DNA of 32,000 nucleotides from Candidatus Heimdallarchaeota archaeon (GCA_030614005.1 JAUWKS010000028.1:10087-42086); one strand, 5' to 3'. Positions 19,142 to 27,384 are shown, numbered from the stretch's first letter. Translations and numbers: made by a program. The notes: a model not told the origin generated them from the sequence alone.

Positions 19142-19447
19142 TTACATAAAAGATTTCAACATTATAGATGCCCATTCTATAACATCGGAATTAGCATTTT
19201 GTTCGTCAATTTTTTCAAGAAGCTCTTTTGAGTTTTCAATGCTTCTGATTTCAGCTATTGCTTCATCTAGAACTCCCGGATAAATTACTTTCATTTTATA
19301 TACAAAATCCTCATTTGTGGGATAGAAACCTTTAGACAAGAATTTTTCTTGTCCATATTTTACATAACAAAGATAATCATCAAAATCATATTCATATTTG
19401 CTGATATATTTCTCAATAATCCCAATTATTTCATCTTCAGTTTTCAA
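19142..19447 (-). CDS. Hypothetical protein (islet orphan)
   Basis: 101 aa with a TTG start preceded by a strong AGGAGG RBS. No motif recognised. Confidence 0.65.
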   Translation of the reverse strand: MKTEDEIIGIIEKYISKYEYDFDDYLCYVKYGQEKFLSKGFYPTNEDFVYKMKVIYPGVLDEAIAEIRSIENSKELLEKIDEQNANSDVIEWASIMLKSFM

Positions 19448-19551
19448 AAATATCTCCTCCTAATGTTGTATGGTTTAACATATTCATAAATTAATATATC
19501 AATTTTCAAAATTAAATTATTTAGGAGTAAAAATTATCTTTAGAGAATAAG

Positions 19552-19660
19552 TGGTGGGCCCACCCGGATTTGAACCAGGGGCCTCCCGGTTTTTGAGATA
19601 AGCAGACTCGTCTGATTTTCTTATCAGCCGAGCGCTCTAACCAAGCTGAGCTACGGGCCC
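19552..19660 (-). tRNA. tRNA-Ile(GAT) with encoded CCA and a 31-nt canonical 37/38 intron (19591-19621)
   Basis: Reverse complement: GGGCCCG TA GCTC AGCTTGGTTA GAGC G CTCGG CTGATA [31 nt] A CCGGG AGGCC CCTGG TTCAAAT CCGGG TGGGCCC A CCA. All stems pair, and the anticodon is GAT. Confidence 0.95.
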
Positions 19661-19970
19661 TTTTTGTATAGTTTTTATACTTCTGATTTTGACTTTTTTC
19701 ACTTAAAAAAGTTTATCATTGGATTATATATTCTCTTAGTGGCATGTTATAAATTATGTGTTTCGCAAATTCTACTTTTATTGTAGTATTACTCTTTGAT
19801 AAAAGGCGATTTTTTTTGCTTCTTACTAAATTTTATTATACTTTACCTACAAACCAAAGTTTAAAATAAACAAGTTATAACATTATAGTGAATTTAGAAA
19901 GCTAATTATAGGAAATTGACAAAAATCATGGTAGTCTACTAAATTACCAGTAAAAAGGCAGGAACTCAAC

Positions 19971-20549
19971 ATGTCACAAAATGATGGAAAAGCAATAAAC
20001 GCAATCTTAAAGTTAGTACTCCTAGGCGATGGTGCTGTAGGAAAAACAACTATGAGACGCCAATTTCTTGGTGAAGGATTTAAAGCAGGATATTCTGCCA
20101 CCATTGGTGCTGATTTTGCAATTAAGAGAATTAATCTTGAAAATTACCGTTTAACATTTCAAATCTGGGATTTAGCAGGTCAACAAAGGTTCGCTGCTGT
20201 TAGAGAATTATACTATCGTGGTTCTCGTGGTGCCCTGTTAGTTTTTGATGTCACTAACCCCAGCTCATTTAACAATCTCCCTACTTGGCTTGAAGAGCTC
20301 TGGAAAAAAGCTGGACGAGTTCCTATGATTCTCTGCGGAAATAAGATTGATCTTCGTTCTGAAGTTCCAAAAAGCATTTCTCCTGAATTGGGCCAAGAAT
20401 ATGCAAGAAGGCTTTCAGAAGCATTGGGATATGAAGTTCCTTATATTGAAACCAGTGCTAAAACTGGCGAGAAAGTTAATGAAGCATTCTTCCTCCTTGG
20501 TTTGAGTATTATTCGTTCCGTTAAACAACCAAAAACTATCCTAGAGTGA
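19971..20549 (+). CDS. Rab-like small GTPase, copy 1
   Basis: G1 GDGAVGKT, G2 TIGADF, G3 WDLAGQ, YYRGS, LVFDVT, G4 NKID and G5 ETSAK. No C-terminal Cys. Confidence 0.95.
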   Translation: MSQNDGKAINAILKLVLLGDGAVGKTTMRRQFLGEGFKAGYSATIGADFAIKRINLENYRLTFQIWDLAGQQRFAAVRELYYRGSRGALLVFDVTNPSSFNNLPTWLEELWKKAGRVPMILCGNKIDLRSEVPKSISPELGQEYARRLSEALGYEVPYIETSAKTGEKVNEAFFLLGLSIIRSVKQPKTILE

Positions 20550-20757
20550 TGAATGATAGATTTTCTATCTCATCCATTTTTCTCTCATTATCTTTTTCCC
20601 AACAATTAATAAAATTTAATATAGTATGTTCATAAATCAAATAATCAATCAATTAGCTTTAATCGAATCTGCAGTATAGCAAATCCTTTAAAGGAATAAT
20701 CAATCACAATAAAATTAGCATTCCAAAGAAACTATTGATTATGGAGCCAGAAAAAAC

Positions 20758-21327
20758 TTGAGTAGTCATCAAAAATCTACAGTATACAAAGTTGTTTTAC
20801 TTGGAGACGGTGCTGTCGGTAAAACAAGCATTCGACAACAATATCTTGGCAAAGGTTTCAAAGAAGGTTACTCAATGACCATTGGTGCCGATTTTTGTGT
20901 TAAACGTGTTGAGCTCTCCAATATAATCATTACTTTTCAAATATGGGATCTTGCTGGACAACAAAGGTTTGATGTAGTTCGAGAAGTGTATTATCGTGGT
21001 AGTAGTGGTGCATTATTGATTTTTGATGTATCAAATCCCGGCTCTTTTGAGAATTTACCTGCTTGGTTAAATGAATTAACAAAAAACAATTACGATCGTA
21101 TTGTTCCCATTGTTTTAATTGGAAACAAAACTGATCTTCGTGGAACCGCTCCTTGTTTGCCCAAAGAAGCAGGACAACAATATGCTGCTGCTTTATCTCA
21201 ATGGACTGGTTTTGATGTTCCTTATCTTGAAACATCTGCAAAATCTGGTTTAAATGTTGAAGAGGCATTTGGTCTTCTTTCAAAACAAATTGAGCTTTTC
21301 TTGGATAAATACCAACTACGAGGTTAA
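20758..21327 (+). CDS. Rab-like small GTPase, copy 2
   Basis: GDGAVGKT, TIGADF, WDLAGQ, YYRGS, LIFDVS, NKTD and ETSAK. TTG start after GGAG. No C-terminal Cys. Confidence 0.95.
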   Translation: MSSHQKSTVYKVVLLGDGAVGKTSIRQQYLGKGFKEGYSMTIGADFCVKRVELSNIIITFQIWDLAGQQRFDVVREVYYRGSSGALLIFDVSNPGSFENLPAWLNELTKNNYDRIVPIVLIGNKTDLRGTAPCLPKEAGQQYAAALSQWTGFDVPYLETSAKSGLNVEEAFGLLSKQIELFLDKYQLRG

Positions 21328-21392
21328 CCTCGCTTTCTCTCTTTCTTTCCTTTCCTAACCTATCTTTTGCAAATGTATATATATAATCGAGG

Positions 21393-21420
21393 CGATATAT
21401 TATCGTGCACTTCGGTGCAC
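21393..21420 (+). promoter_or_regulatory. Stable RNA hairpin(s), including a C(UUCG)G tetraloop, in the Rab-OSTC intergenic region
   Basis: GTGCAC-TTCG-GTGCAC at 21405-21420, immediately preceded by CGATA-TAT-TATCG. Confidence 0.45.
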
Positions 21421-21454
21421 TTAATTTTATATTAATGGAAAGGATGTAAATTCT

Positions 21455-21975
21455 ATGTCTAATAAGAAAGATAGACACAAAAAAGAGGCAGGTGCAACAA
21501 GACGACGTTTAGATCGTCTACATAAAAACTTACCATTGCACCTATCGTACGAAGACCTGACTATCAATTAAGAAGAGTCAAGTTATCTGTCCCGAAAAGA
21601 ATACCTACTAGCATAATCTTAGCATTCGTTTTGCTGGGACTATTTTTTGTATATGCTGGAGGTTTTGCCGCTTTAGCTCAAGATGAGTTAAATGCATACG
21701 TTACAGATGTTTATAACAATCCAGTAACAATCTATCCTGAGGGATTGGATCACCAATTTCTTTATGAAGGAATTGCTGCCGGAACGCTAATGTTTATTGG
21801 CGCTTTTGGATTCTACCTCATAGATAAAACAACAAAGTATGCTTATTCGCCCAAGCATGCTACACTATGTTTAGTAGTAGGTATGGGACTAATTATTGCC
21901 GCACTCTTTCCAATTATGTATATGTTATTAACCAAGTTAGATTTATTGAAGATATTATTTCCTGCAACATCTTAG
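21455..21975 (+). pseudogene. OSTC/DC2-like (OST3/OST6 family) oligosaccharyltransferase subunit, copy 1, with a 1-nt deletion at ~21536
   Basis: ATG 21455 reads MSNKK...LDRLHKNLP. Adding one T (CCA TT GCA to CCA TTT GCA) gives PFAPIVRRPDYQL, matching the paralogue's PFAPLVRRPDYQL, and joins the 21631-21975 ORF. Confidence 0.8.
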
Positions 21976-22096
21976 GGAAATATTCTCTTTCTTTTTTTTG
22001 TTCAGTTCTTAAGAAATCCTTTTTAATGAAAAATGTCCGAATTAGTCAAAGAATACTACTTAGTGATATCATAAAATCAAAGGATGAGTCAAAATT

Positions 22097-22597
22097 ATGT
22101 CAAAAGCAAAGACAAGTAGTCGAACAGCTAAAAAGGATGATAATACTCCTTTAATGGAACGGCTGCCTTCAAATGTGCCCTTTGCACCTCTTGTTCGTAG
22201 ACCTGATTACCAACTGAGATTTGTTAAATTCTCGGTTCCAACAACTATACCAATTGAGATAATAATCGCGGTAGTATTTATTGGATTATTCTTTATCTAT
22301 ATGGGTGGATTCTACGATTTAGCTCAAGACAATCTAAGTGCCTTTGGTTCCGATAAACAAGGCAATCCAATAGTAATTTATCCAAACCAATTAGATTCCC
22401 AATTTCTTGTTGAAGGAATGGCTGCAGGACTCCTAATGTTTATTGGAGCTGGTGGTTTCTTTCTACTTTATTACTCAACGCAATATGCTTATTCACCAAA
22501 AAATGCTACTGTTCTTCTAGTAGTTGGAATTGGTGTTGTCGCACTTGCATGGATAGCAATAATGTATATGTTGCTTACGAAAATGGGTATTTGGTAA
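22097..22597 (+). CDS. OSTC/DC2-like (OST3/OST6 family) oligosaccharyltransferase subunit, copy 2
   Basis: Three TM helices. GGFYDL...SQFLVEGMAAGLLMFIGAGGFFLL...TKMG aligns by eye to human OSTC GGIIYDV...[24 protein letters not shown]...MKLPG. Confidence 0.85.
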   Translation: MSKAKTSSRTAKKDDNTPLMERLPSNVPFAPLVRRPDYQLRFVKFSVPTTIPIEIIIAVVFIGLFFIYMGGFYDLAQDNLSAFGSDKQGNPIVIYPNQLDSQFLVEGMAAGLLMFIGAGGFFLLYYSTQYAYSPKNATVLLVVGIGVVALAWIAIMYMLLTKMGIW

Positions 22598-22747
22598 GTA
22601 AAATAAGTAACCGAAGGAAGGCTTTATTGCTTAACTTCACTTTTCTTTTATTTTTAATAAACTCAAAAAAATCTGAAATTAGCAGAAATTAAATAGAGAA
22701 AATGTGTGATCGAGTTAATTTCAATCACATAAAAAAAGTTAAAGAAA

Positions 22748-23158
22748 TTATTTTTCATCTTTAAATTGTTTATCAATTAATTCTTGGAAATCTTTCTTCT
22801 TTTTTGCACCAGAAAATTGGCCAACAACTTTTCCTTCTTTAAAGAGATAGAAGGTAGGAACATATCTGATTTGATATTGAATCGCTGCCTGCCTTTCTTG
22901 ATCGGTGTTAATTTTACCAAAAGCAACTTTTCCTTTATAGATTTCAGCTAAATCTTTTGTTATAGGATCCATTATTTTACAGGGAGGGCACCAAGTTGCA
23001 TAGAAATCAACGATTACATATTTGCTATTATCAATAAATGCTTGAAGATCTTTGCTCTTTAAAACCGTAACTTCTCCGCTTGCATTTGTACTTTGGTTCA
23101 TAATATCACTCACAATTTTTGCTTTAATTAGTTCTAATTCTTTGTCTTCTGAACTCAA
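22748..23158 (-). CDS. trxA: Thioredoxin
   Basis: VDFYATWCPPCK, IRYVPT and FKEG, with an archaeal-type N-terminal helix (DKELELIKAK). No signal peptide. Confidence 0.93.
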   Translation of the reverse strand: MSSEDKELELIKAKIVSDIMNQSTNASGEVTVLKSKDLQAFIDNSKYVIVDFYATWCPPCKIMDPITKDLAEIYKGKVAFGKINTDQERQAAIQYQIRYVPTFYLFKEGKVVGQFSGAKKKKDFQELIDKQFKDEK

Positions 23159-23508
23159 TTTTAATACCTCGTATAAAGTTTTACTTTAATAAGTTTGTTA
23201 ACTGACCCAATTCAGATATTTTATTGGATACGTTTTAACTATTTTTTTGTTCTGAGATATGAACTAATTAAATCTAATATAGAAATTATTTAAAATTTCC
23301 ATTATAGAATGTAAGTTTAGACCTACCTCTTTTCTTTCTTTCTTAAGTTCAACCTATTTAATTTAACTTTCAATAAGAAATCTTTAGAATAGAAAGACAG
23401 TAAATAATATTAACTACAATAGCACAGTTAGTTACTAGTAATAGGGTGTATTCACTTCCCCTCTATGGTGAACCATCAAAAGAAGATAGTTTAGGAAAGT
23501 ATGTTACA

Positions 23509-25038
23509 ATGGCTGAAACGGAACTTTATATGATTCTCGGAGTTACAGGTATCTTTGTGCTAGTTATTGGTGCAATTCTTTGGAATCAAATTAGACAGAC
23601 AAGAAAGAAAAGTAATCTAAGCGAATCTGCTCAAGGTAGCCCCTCTAGTTTTAATGCTGAAGATAAAACAAAAAAGATCTTTCGTTTGGACAAGCGTGAA
23701 ACACAACTAAGAAGAGAGCGAATCTTAGAAGGGGGCACTTTACCTGAACTTTCAGAATTAATTATTTATTCACCTTTGAAAAATGAAAAAATAGATTCTA
23801 AAGAAGTTGATATTAGAGGCAAAGTAGCGATTAAATCTATTGTTTGGATTAACTGTCAAGCTGCCTTTGTTGATGTAGATGGTTCTTTTATTGGTTCAGT
23901 TCCTTTAACTCGAGGCAAAAATGACCTTGAAATTGTAGTTATTGGTCCCTATGGAAAATCAATTTATACATCACTCGATGTTAATTGTACTTCAAAAGAA
24001 GCACCAAATTTACCAGCCGGTACTAGAATACTCTTTCCTCATGTTGGGCTTGATATACATACTGGATCACAAACCGAATCGTTTATCGCTGATTCAGAAA
24101 TGGCTACTTCGGAAGATGGAGTGCCTGTAATGAAATATACTACTCCTAAAACTGATCCAATTATCGTCTCTGAAAGTGAAATTGATCCCTCTGTTTTGGC
24201 TGCTTTAAAGGGTGATCCAATAGCTGATACCCCAATTGATATTCCAGACATCCCTGATTTAGGCGTTATAGAAGCAGAAGAAACAATGGATATCCCAGAT
24301 ATCCCCGATATTTTAGGTGATGAAACGGTTGATGAAATTCAGATACCTGATATCCCCGATGTAGATATAGATGAGGGAGATAAAGCATCTAAAGAATCTG
24401 CTATCACTGTAGATTCAGAAGCAATCGAAGAATCAGTAAAAATCATTGAAGAAACAATGATGATTGAAGATGAAAGTAAAAAAACTGACAGTGAGTTTCC
24501 ATTAGATAAAATGTTCCCAATTCAACCTGGTGATAAAACGGAAGCAGAGGAAGAGGAAAAAATAGAACTATCTGAATTTCAACCACTACAACAAAACATT
24601 GTTGGTATTCAAGAATTAACGGTTGAAACTACTCATCAAAAATTAAAAGATGAACGCTCAACTGAAATTCTGCAATATTCAGGTTTCATCTCTAGAGAAG
24701 ATGGTGAACAAATTAAAGTACTAAAAATAGAGAAACGAATTGAGAAAATTGATGATAAATGGTTCTCAACACTCGGTATTGCCAATCTAACTGATGCTGA
24801 ACTAAGTCTGATAGAAATTTCCGAATTTATTTCTGGAACATTCAAGATAAAGGATATGCTCCCAGTGAATGTTTTAGAACCAATTGTTGATACCTTGCCT
24901 GAAGGGGTAAAAATCACTTGGACAATTAATGATGTGAAACCACAGATGAAATTGTTCATAACTTATAATGAAGATGTCAATCCATTGGAACTAATAACTG
25001 AAGAGCAAAAAACACCAAAAATAACCATTAGAAGATAG
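23509..25038 (+). CDS. Single-pass membrane protein: TM anchor, Ig-like domain, acidic disordered linker with 3x IPDIPD, C-terminal beta-sandwich
   Basis: TM ILGVTGIFVLVIGAILW followed by RQTRKK; Ig-like segment IRGKV...VWIN...VDVDGSF...VPLTRGKNDLEIVVIGPYGK; D/E-rich middle. ATG 23509 is preferred; the ORF track starts at GTG 23446. Confidence 0.8.
   Translation: MAETELYMILGVTGIFVLVIGAILWNQIRQTRKKSNLSESAQGSPSSFNAEDKTKKIFRLDKRETQLRRERILEGGTLPELSELIIYSPLKNEKIDSKEVDIRGKVAIKSIVWINCQAAFVDVDGSFIGSVPLTRGKNDLEIVVIGPYGKSIYTSLDVNCTSKEAPNLPAGTRILFPHVGLDIHTGSQTESFIADSEMATSEDGVPVMKYTTPKTDPIIVSESEIDPSVLAALKGDPIADTPIDIPDIPDLGVIEAEETMDIPDIPDILGDETVDEIQIPDIPDVDIDEGDKASKESAITVDSEAIEESVKIIEETMMIEDESKKTDSEFPLDKMFPIQPGDKTEAEEEEKIELSEFQPLQQNIVGIQELTVETTHQKLKDERSTEILQYSGFISREDGEQIKVLKIEKRIEKIDDKWFSTLGIANLTDAELSLIEISEFISGTFKIKDMLPVNVLEPIVDTLPEGVKITWTINDVKPQMKLFITYNEDVNPLELITEEQKTPKITIRR
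24238..24390 (+). repeat. Three 17-aa-period repeats with the core IPDIPD
   Basis: DIPDIPDLGVIEAEETM / DIPDIPDILGDETVDEI / QIPDIPDVDIDEGDKAS. Units start at 24238, 24289 and 24340 (51-nt spacing). Confidence 0.9.
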
Positions 25039-25055
25039 GTTACATAACCTACATT

Positions 25056-26366
25056 CTAATTATTTTTCTTCTTTAATTGAATATATTTTGCATGTATCTT
25101 TTTTAGCACTTGATGATCTGTCAAGATTCCTTTAGGACCTGGTTTTACTTTTCGAAGTCTAAGTGGAACCCCATCCATTCTATATGCAGTGCCCACTGAT
25201 TCAACTCCTGAAATTGTAACAGGAAAAACAACTTTAGCTAAACGTGTTGTTGGTGTTTCATATGGATCTAGAGCAATTACCGGTATACGCGTAAAATGGT
25301 CCATCACCTTTCTAGGAGAGTTTCCAACTGGATCAGAAGCAACAATAAAAGCAGCATCAGCTTCTTGTTGAGATAATACACTAGCCATAGAAAATTCCCC
25401 GGGGTTATATTGGGGGAACCCTCTTGCTAGAGAAACCGCAAATGGGTATCCAGTTATCCAAGTAATTACATTTTGAGCACCAGTGACATTATAATGTCCT
25501 CGAAGTGGCATAACATAGAATTTTGTGTGTTCATTTAAATCACGGACTAAACTTAATGCCGCATCTACATTTCTGTGTTTACCTTTTGTAGTTGCCAAAC
25601 CCAAACCGAAGAAAATTACTCCATGTTTTGCATCTTTCATTAGTTCAGCTAGTTGTTGTATTTTCTCTACTGGAATACCTGAAACTACCTTCTCTGTTAA
25701 TTCTCTTCCTCGAAGTACAGCTCTTAGAGCACTAATAAATTCAAAATCACCATCTGGTTCGATTTGTATGAAATGATTGGCTAACTTTGCTGTTTCAGTG
25801 AAACGTATGTCAATAACCACAACAGTTCGTTCTTGAAATCCTTTTTCTCTAAAATAACCCCTTGGAAAAGTTGTATATCTGCTCATATGTCTTGGATGTG
25901 CTTCCATTGGATTACAACCAAGATAGATAATAAGATCAGATCTATTCCTAATTTCTCCCAAAGTACAACCAGCCAAACCAATCTCTTGAATACCCATAAC
26001 AGAAGGACCATGACAAACGGATGGGCAATGATCCCAAATTGCGCCTGCTTCTTCAGCTAATTTGATACTTTCCTTGTGAGCTTCGGCTTCAGTTGAACCA
26101 AATCCATAAAAGATTGGGAATTCAGCTTCAAAAAGTATTTCTGCTGCTTTCTCAGCAGCTTCATCATAACTAACTTGAGTAAATTTGCCGTCTATTTTTA
26201 TTAATGGAGAGAGGAGTCTTCTTCCATCTTTGTTCCCAGAGATTTTAACCGCTCCTAATTGGCAAGCATTTTTTACTTCAATTATTTTCCCTTTATCTAA
26301 AACAACTTCAATGTCATCGCAGAGGCTTCCACAGAATGGACAAACTACATCTTTTACAACTTTCAA
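25056..26366 (-). CDS. fwdB: Formylmethanofuran dehydrogenase subunit B (Mo/W-bis-PGD)
   Basis: VVCPFCGSLCDD [4Fe-4S] motif, SVCHGPS metal-ligand Cys (TGT), GCNPMEAHPRH and PLRGHYNV. TTG start after GGTGA. Confidence 0.96.
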   Translation of the reverse strand: MKVVKDVVCPFCGSLCDDIEVVLDKGKIIEVKNACQLGAVKISGNKDGRRLLSPLIKIDGKFTQVSYDEAAEKAAEILFEAEFPIFYGFGSTEAEAHKESIKLAEEAGAIWDHCPSVCHGPSVMGIQEIGLAGCTLGEIRNRSDLIIYLGCNPMEAHPRHMSRYTTFPRGYFREKGFQERTVVVIDIRFTETAKLANHFIQIEPDGDFEFISALRAVLRGRELTEKVVSGIPVEKIQQLAELMKDAKHGVIFFGLGLATTKGKHRNVDAALSLVRDLNEHTKFYVMPLRGHYNVTGAQNVITWITGYPFAVSLARGFPQYNPGEFSMASVLSQQEADAAFIVASDPVGNSPRKVMDHFTRIPVIALDPYETPTTRLAKVVFPVTISGVESVGTAYRMDGVPLRLRKVKPGPKGILTDHQVLKKIHAKYIQLKKKNN

Positions 26367-26391
26367 ATTTAATCACCAATAAATAGTTGTT

Positions 26392-26811
26392 CTAGCTAAT
26401 TTTATGGGCCTGTTTCTCCAATATTTGAAGTAATTCCTCTACCTCAAGTATCTTTTCTTTAGTTGGTGTGATTGTTGCTTTGACACCTTTATATTGTGGG
26501 ACACCAATACCTGCTGATCCTGGAGGAGTTATCCAATTTGCATACATACCCAGTGGCATAAAGATAATTCCTTCGTGTGGAGCATCCTTAGAAAGTCTCG
26601 CGCTAACAACAATTTCTCCCTCTGAAGTAGAGATTTTAACATTGTCATTTTCTTTTACATCAAGCCTTTCTATATCTTTAGGATCCAAGTAACAAACTCC
26701 AGTAGCTACTCTAGCTTCCTCAGAAATTTTAATGCCGACTAAAGTGATTCCTTGTTCTACTGTTCTACCAGAGGTAAATATTACTTCTAAAGAAGGATTT
26801 CGTTCAGACAT
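26392..26811 (-). CDS. fwdD: Formylmethanofuran dehydrogenase subunit D
   Basis: TSGRTVEQG, C...P.D...L, GIIFMPLGMYAN and GVPQYKG. Confidence 0.95.
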   Translation of the reverse strand: MSERNPSLEVIFTSGRTVEQGITLVGIKISEEARVATGVCYLDPKDIERLDVKENDNVKISTSEGEIVVSARLSKDAPHEGIIFMPLGMYANWITPPGSAGIGVPQYKGVKATITPTKEKILEVEELLQILEKQAHKIS

Positions 26812-26892
26812 GCAATAATCAACTAATTTATTTTTTGTTCTAGTTTTAATTCTTCTTATAGATTTCTTACGAAGAGATTAATTTAGTTTGTG

Positions 26893-27384
26893 TTAGAATT
26901 TCCCGGCTATTTTTTCTGCAAGTTGAGTTCTTTGAATTTCTTGGTTGATACTTCTTACTGTATGATTTATTATTATTGCTTGTACACCAGCAGTTAAGAG
27001 ATCCCAATTACTGATATAGGGCGCTAAATAGAGCGAAATATCATTATTATCAGAAATCAGATTTAATTGAAGTGAGTGTTGAATTATATGGGCAAAATCA
27101 GGTTGGCTGCTTATTTTGGAAATACATTCTTCTCGGATATCATCAATAAAATCATCCAAGAAATGTAAGTTTTTTTTAATAATTGCTTTCAAAGTATAAA
27201 GAACGCTATTCAAGTTATCAATACTTGCTTTTTTGAAGTTAAAATTCTTGAATTTATCTGAACTTGTTCCTGATTGTTGTAGAACTAAGGCTTCAACTAG
27301 TAGTGTAGCTTCATCTAAGATGTGCGTAAATTCTTCAGCAGCTTGCTTAATTCTGGGTCGTAAGTATCTTCGATTCTTGAACAT
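26893..27384 (-). CDS. Hypothetical helical protein upstream of fwdD
   Basis: 163 aa ORF with an ATG start, co-oriented with fwdDB. No motif. Confidence 0.7.
   Translation of the reverse strand: MFKNRRYLRPRIKQAAEEFTHILDEATLLVEALVLQQSGTSSDKFKNFNFKKASIDNLNSVLYTLKAIIKKNLHFLDDFIDDIREECISKISSQPDFAHIIQHSLQLNLISDNNDISLYLAPYISNWDLLTAGVQAIIINHTVRSINQEIQRTQLAEKIAGKF

Larger units (their letters stand above)
18234..19578. mobile_element. Remnant genomic islet integrated at the tRNA-Ile 3' end (no integrase)
   Basis: Direct repeats of the tRNA 3' end flank ~1.3 kb carrying a GNAT gene and an orphan ORF. Confidence 0.55.

Noticed and set aside
19611-19690. 9-bp repeat TCTGATTTT in the tRNA intron and just upstream of the tRNA
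   Set aside because: Short and AT-rich; expected by chance.
22097-23158. Thioredoxin plus OSTC acting as a split OST3/OST6 (MAGT1/TUSC3-like) subunit
   Set aside because: The thioredoxin is on the opposite strand and has no signal peptide, so it is probably cytoplasmic, whereas the OST3/6 Trx domain is lumenal.
26000-26030. Selenocysteine at the FwdB metal-ligand position
   Set aside because: The codon in SVCHGPS is TGT (Cys). There is no in-frame TGA and no convincing SECIS nearby.
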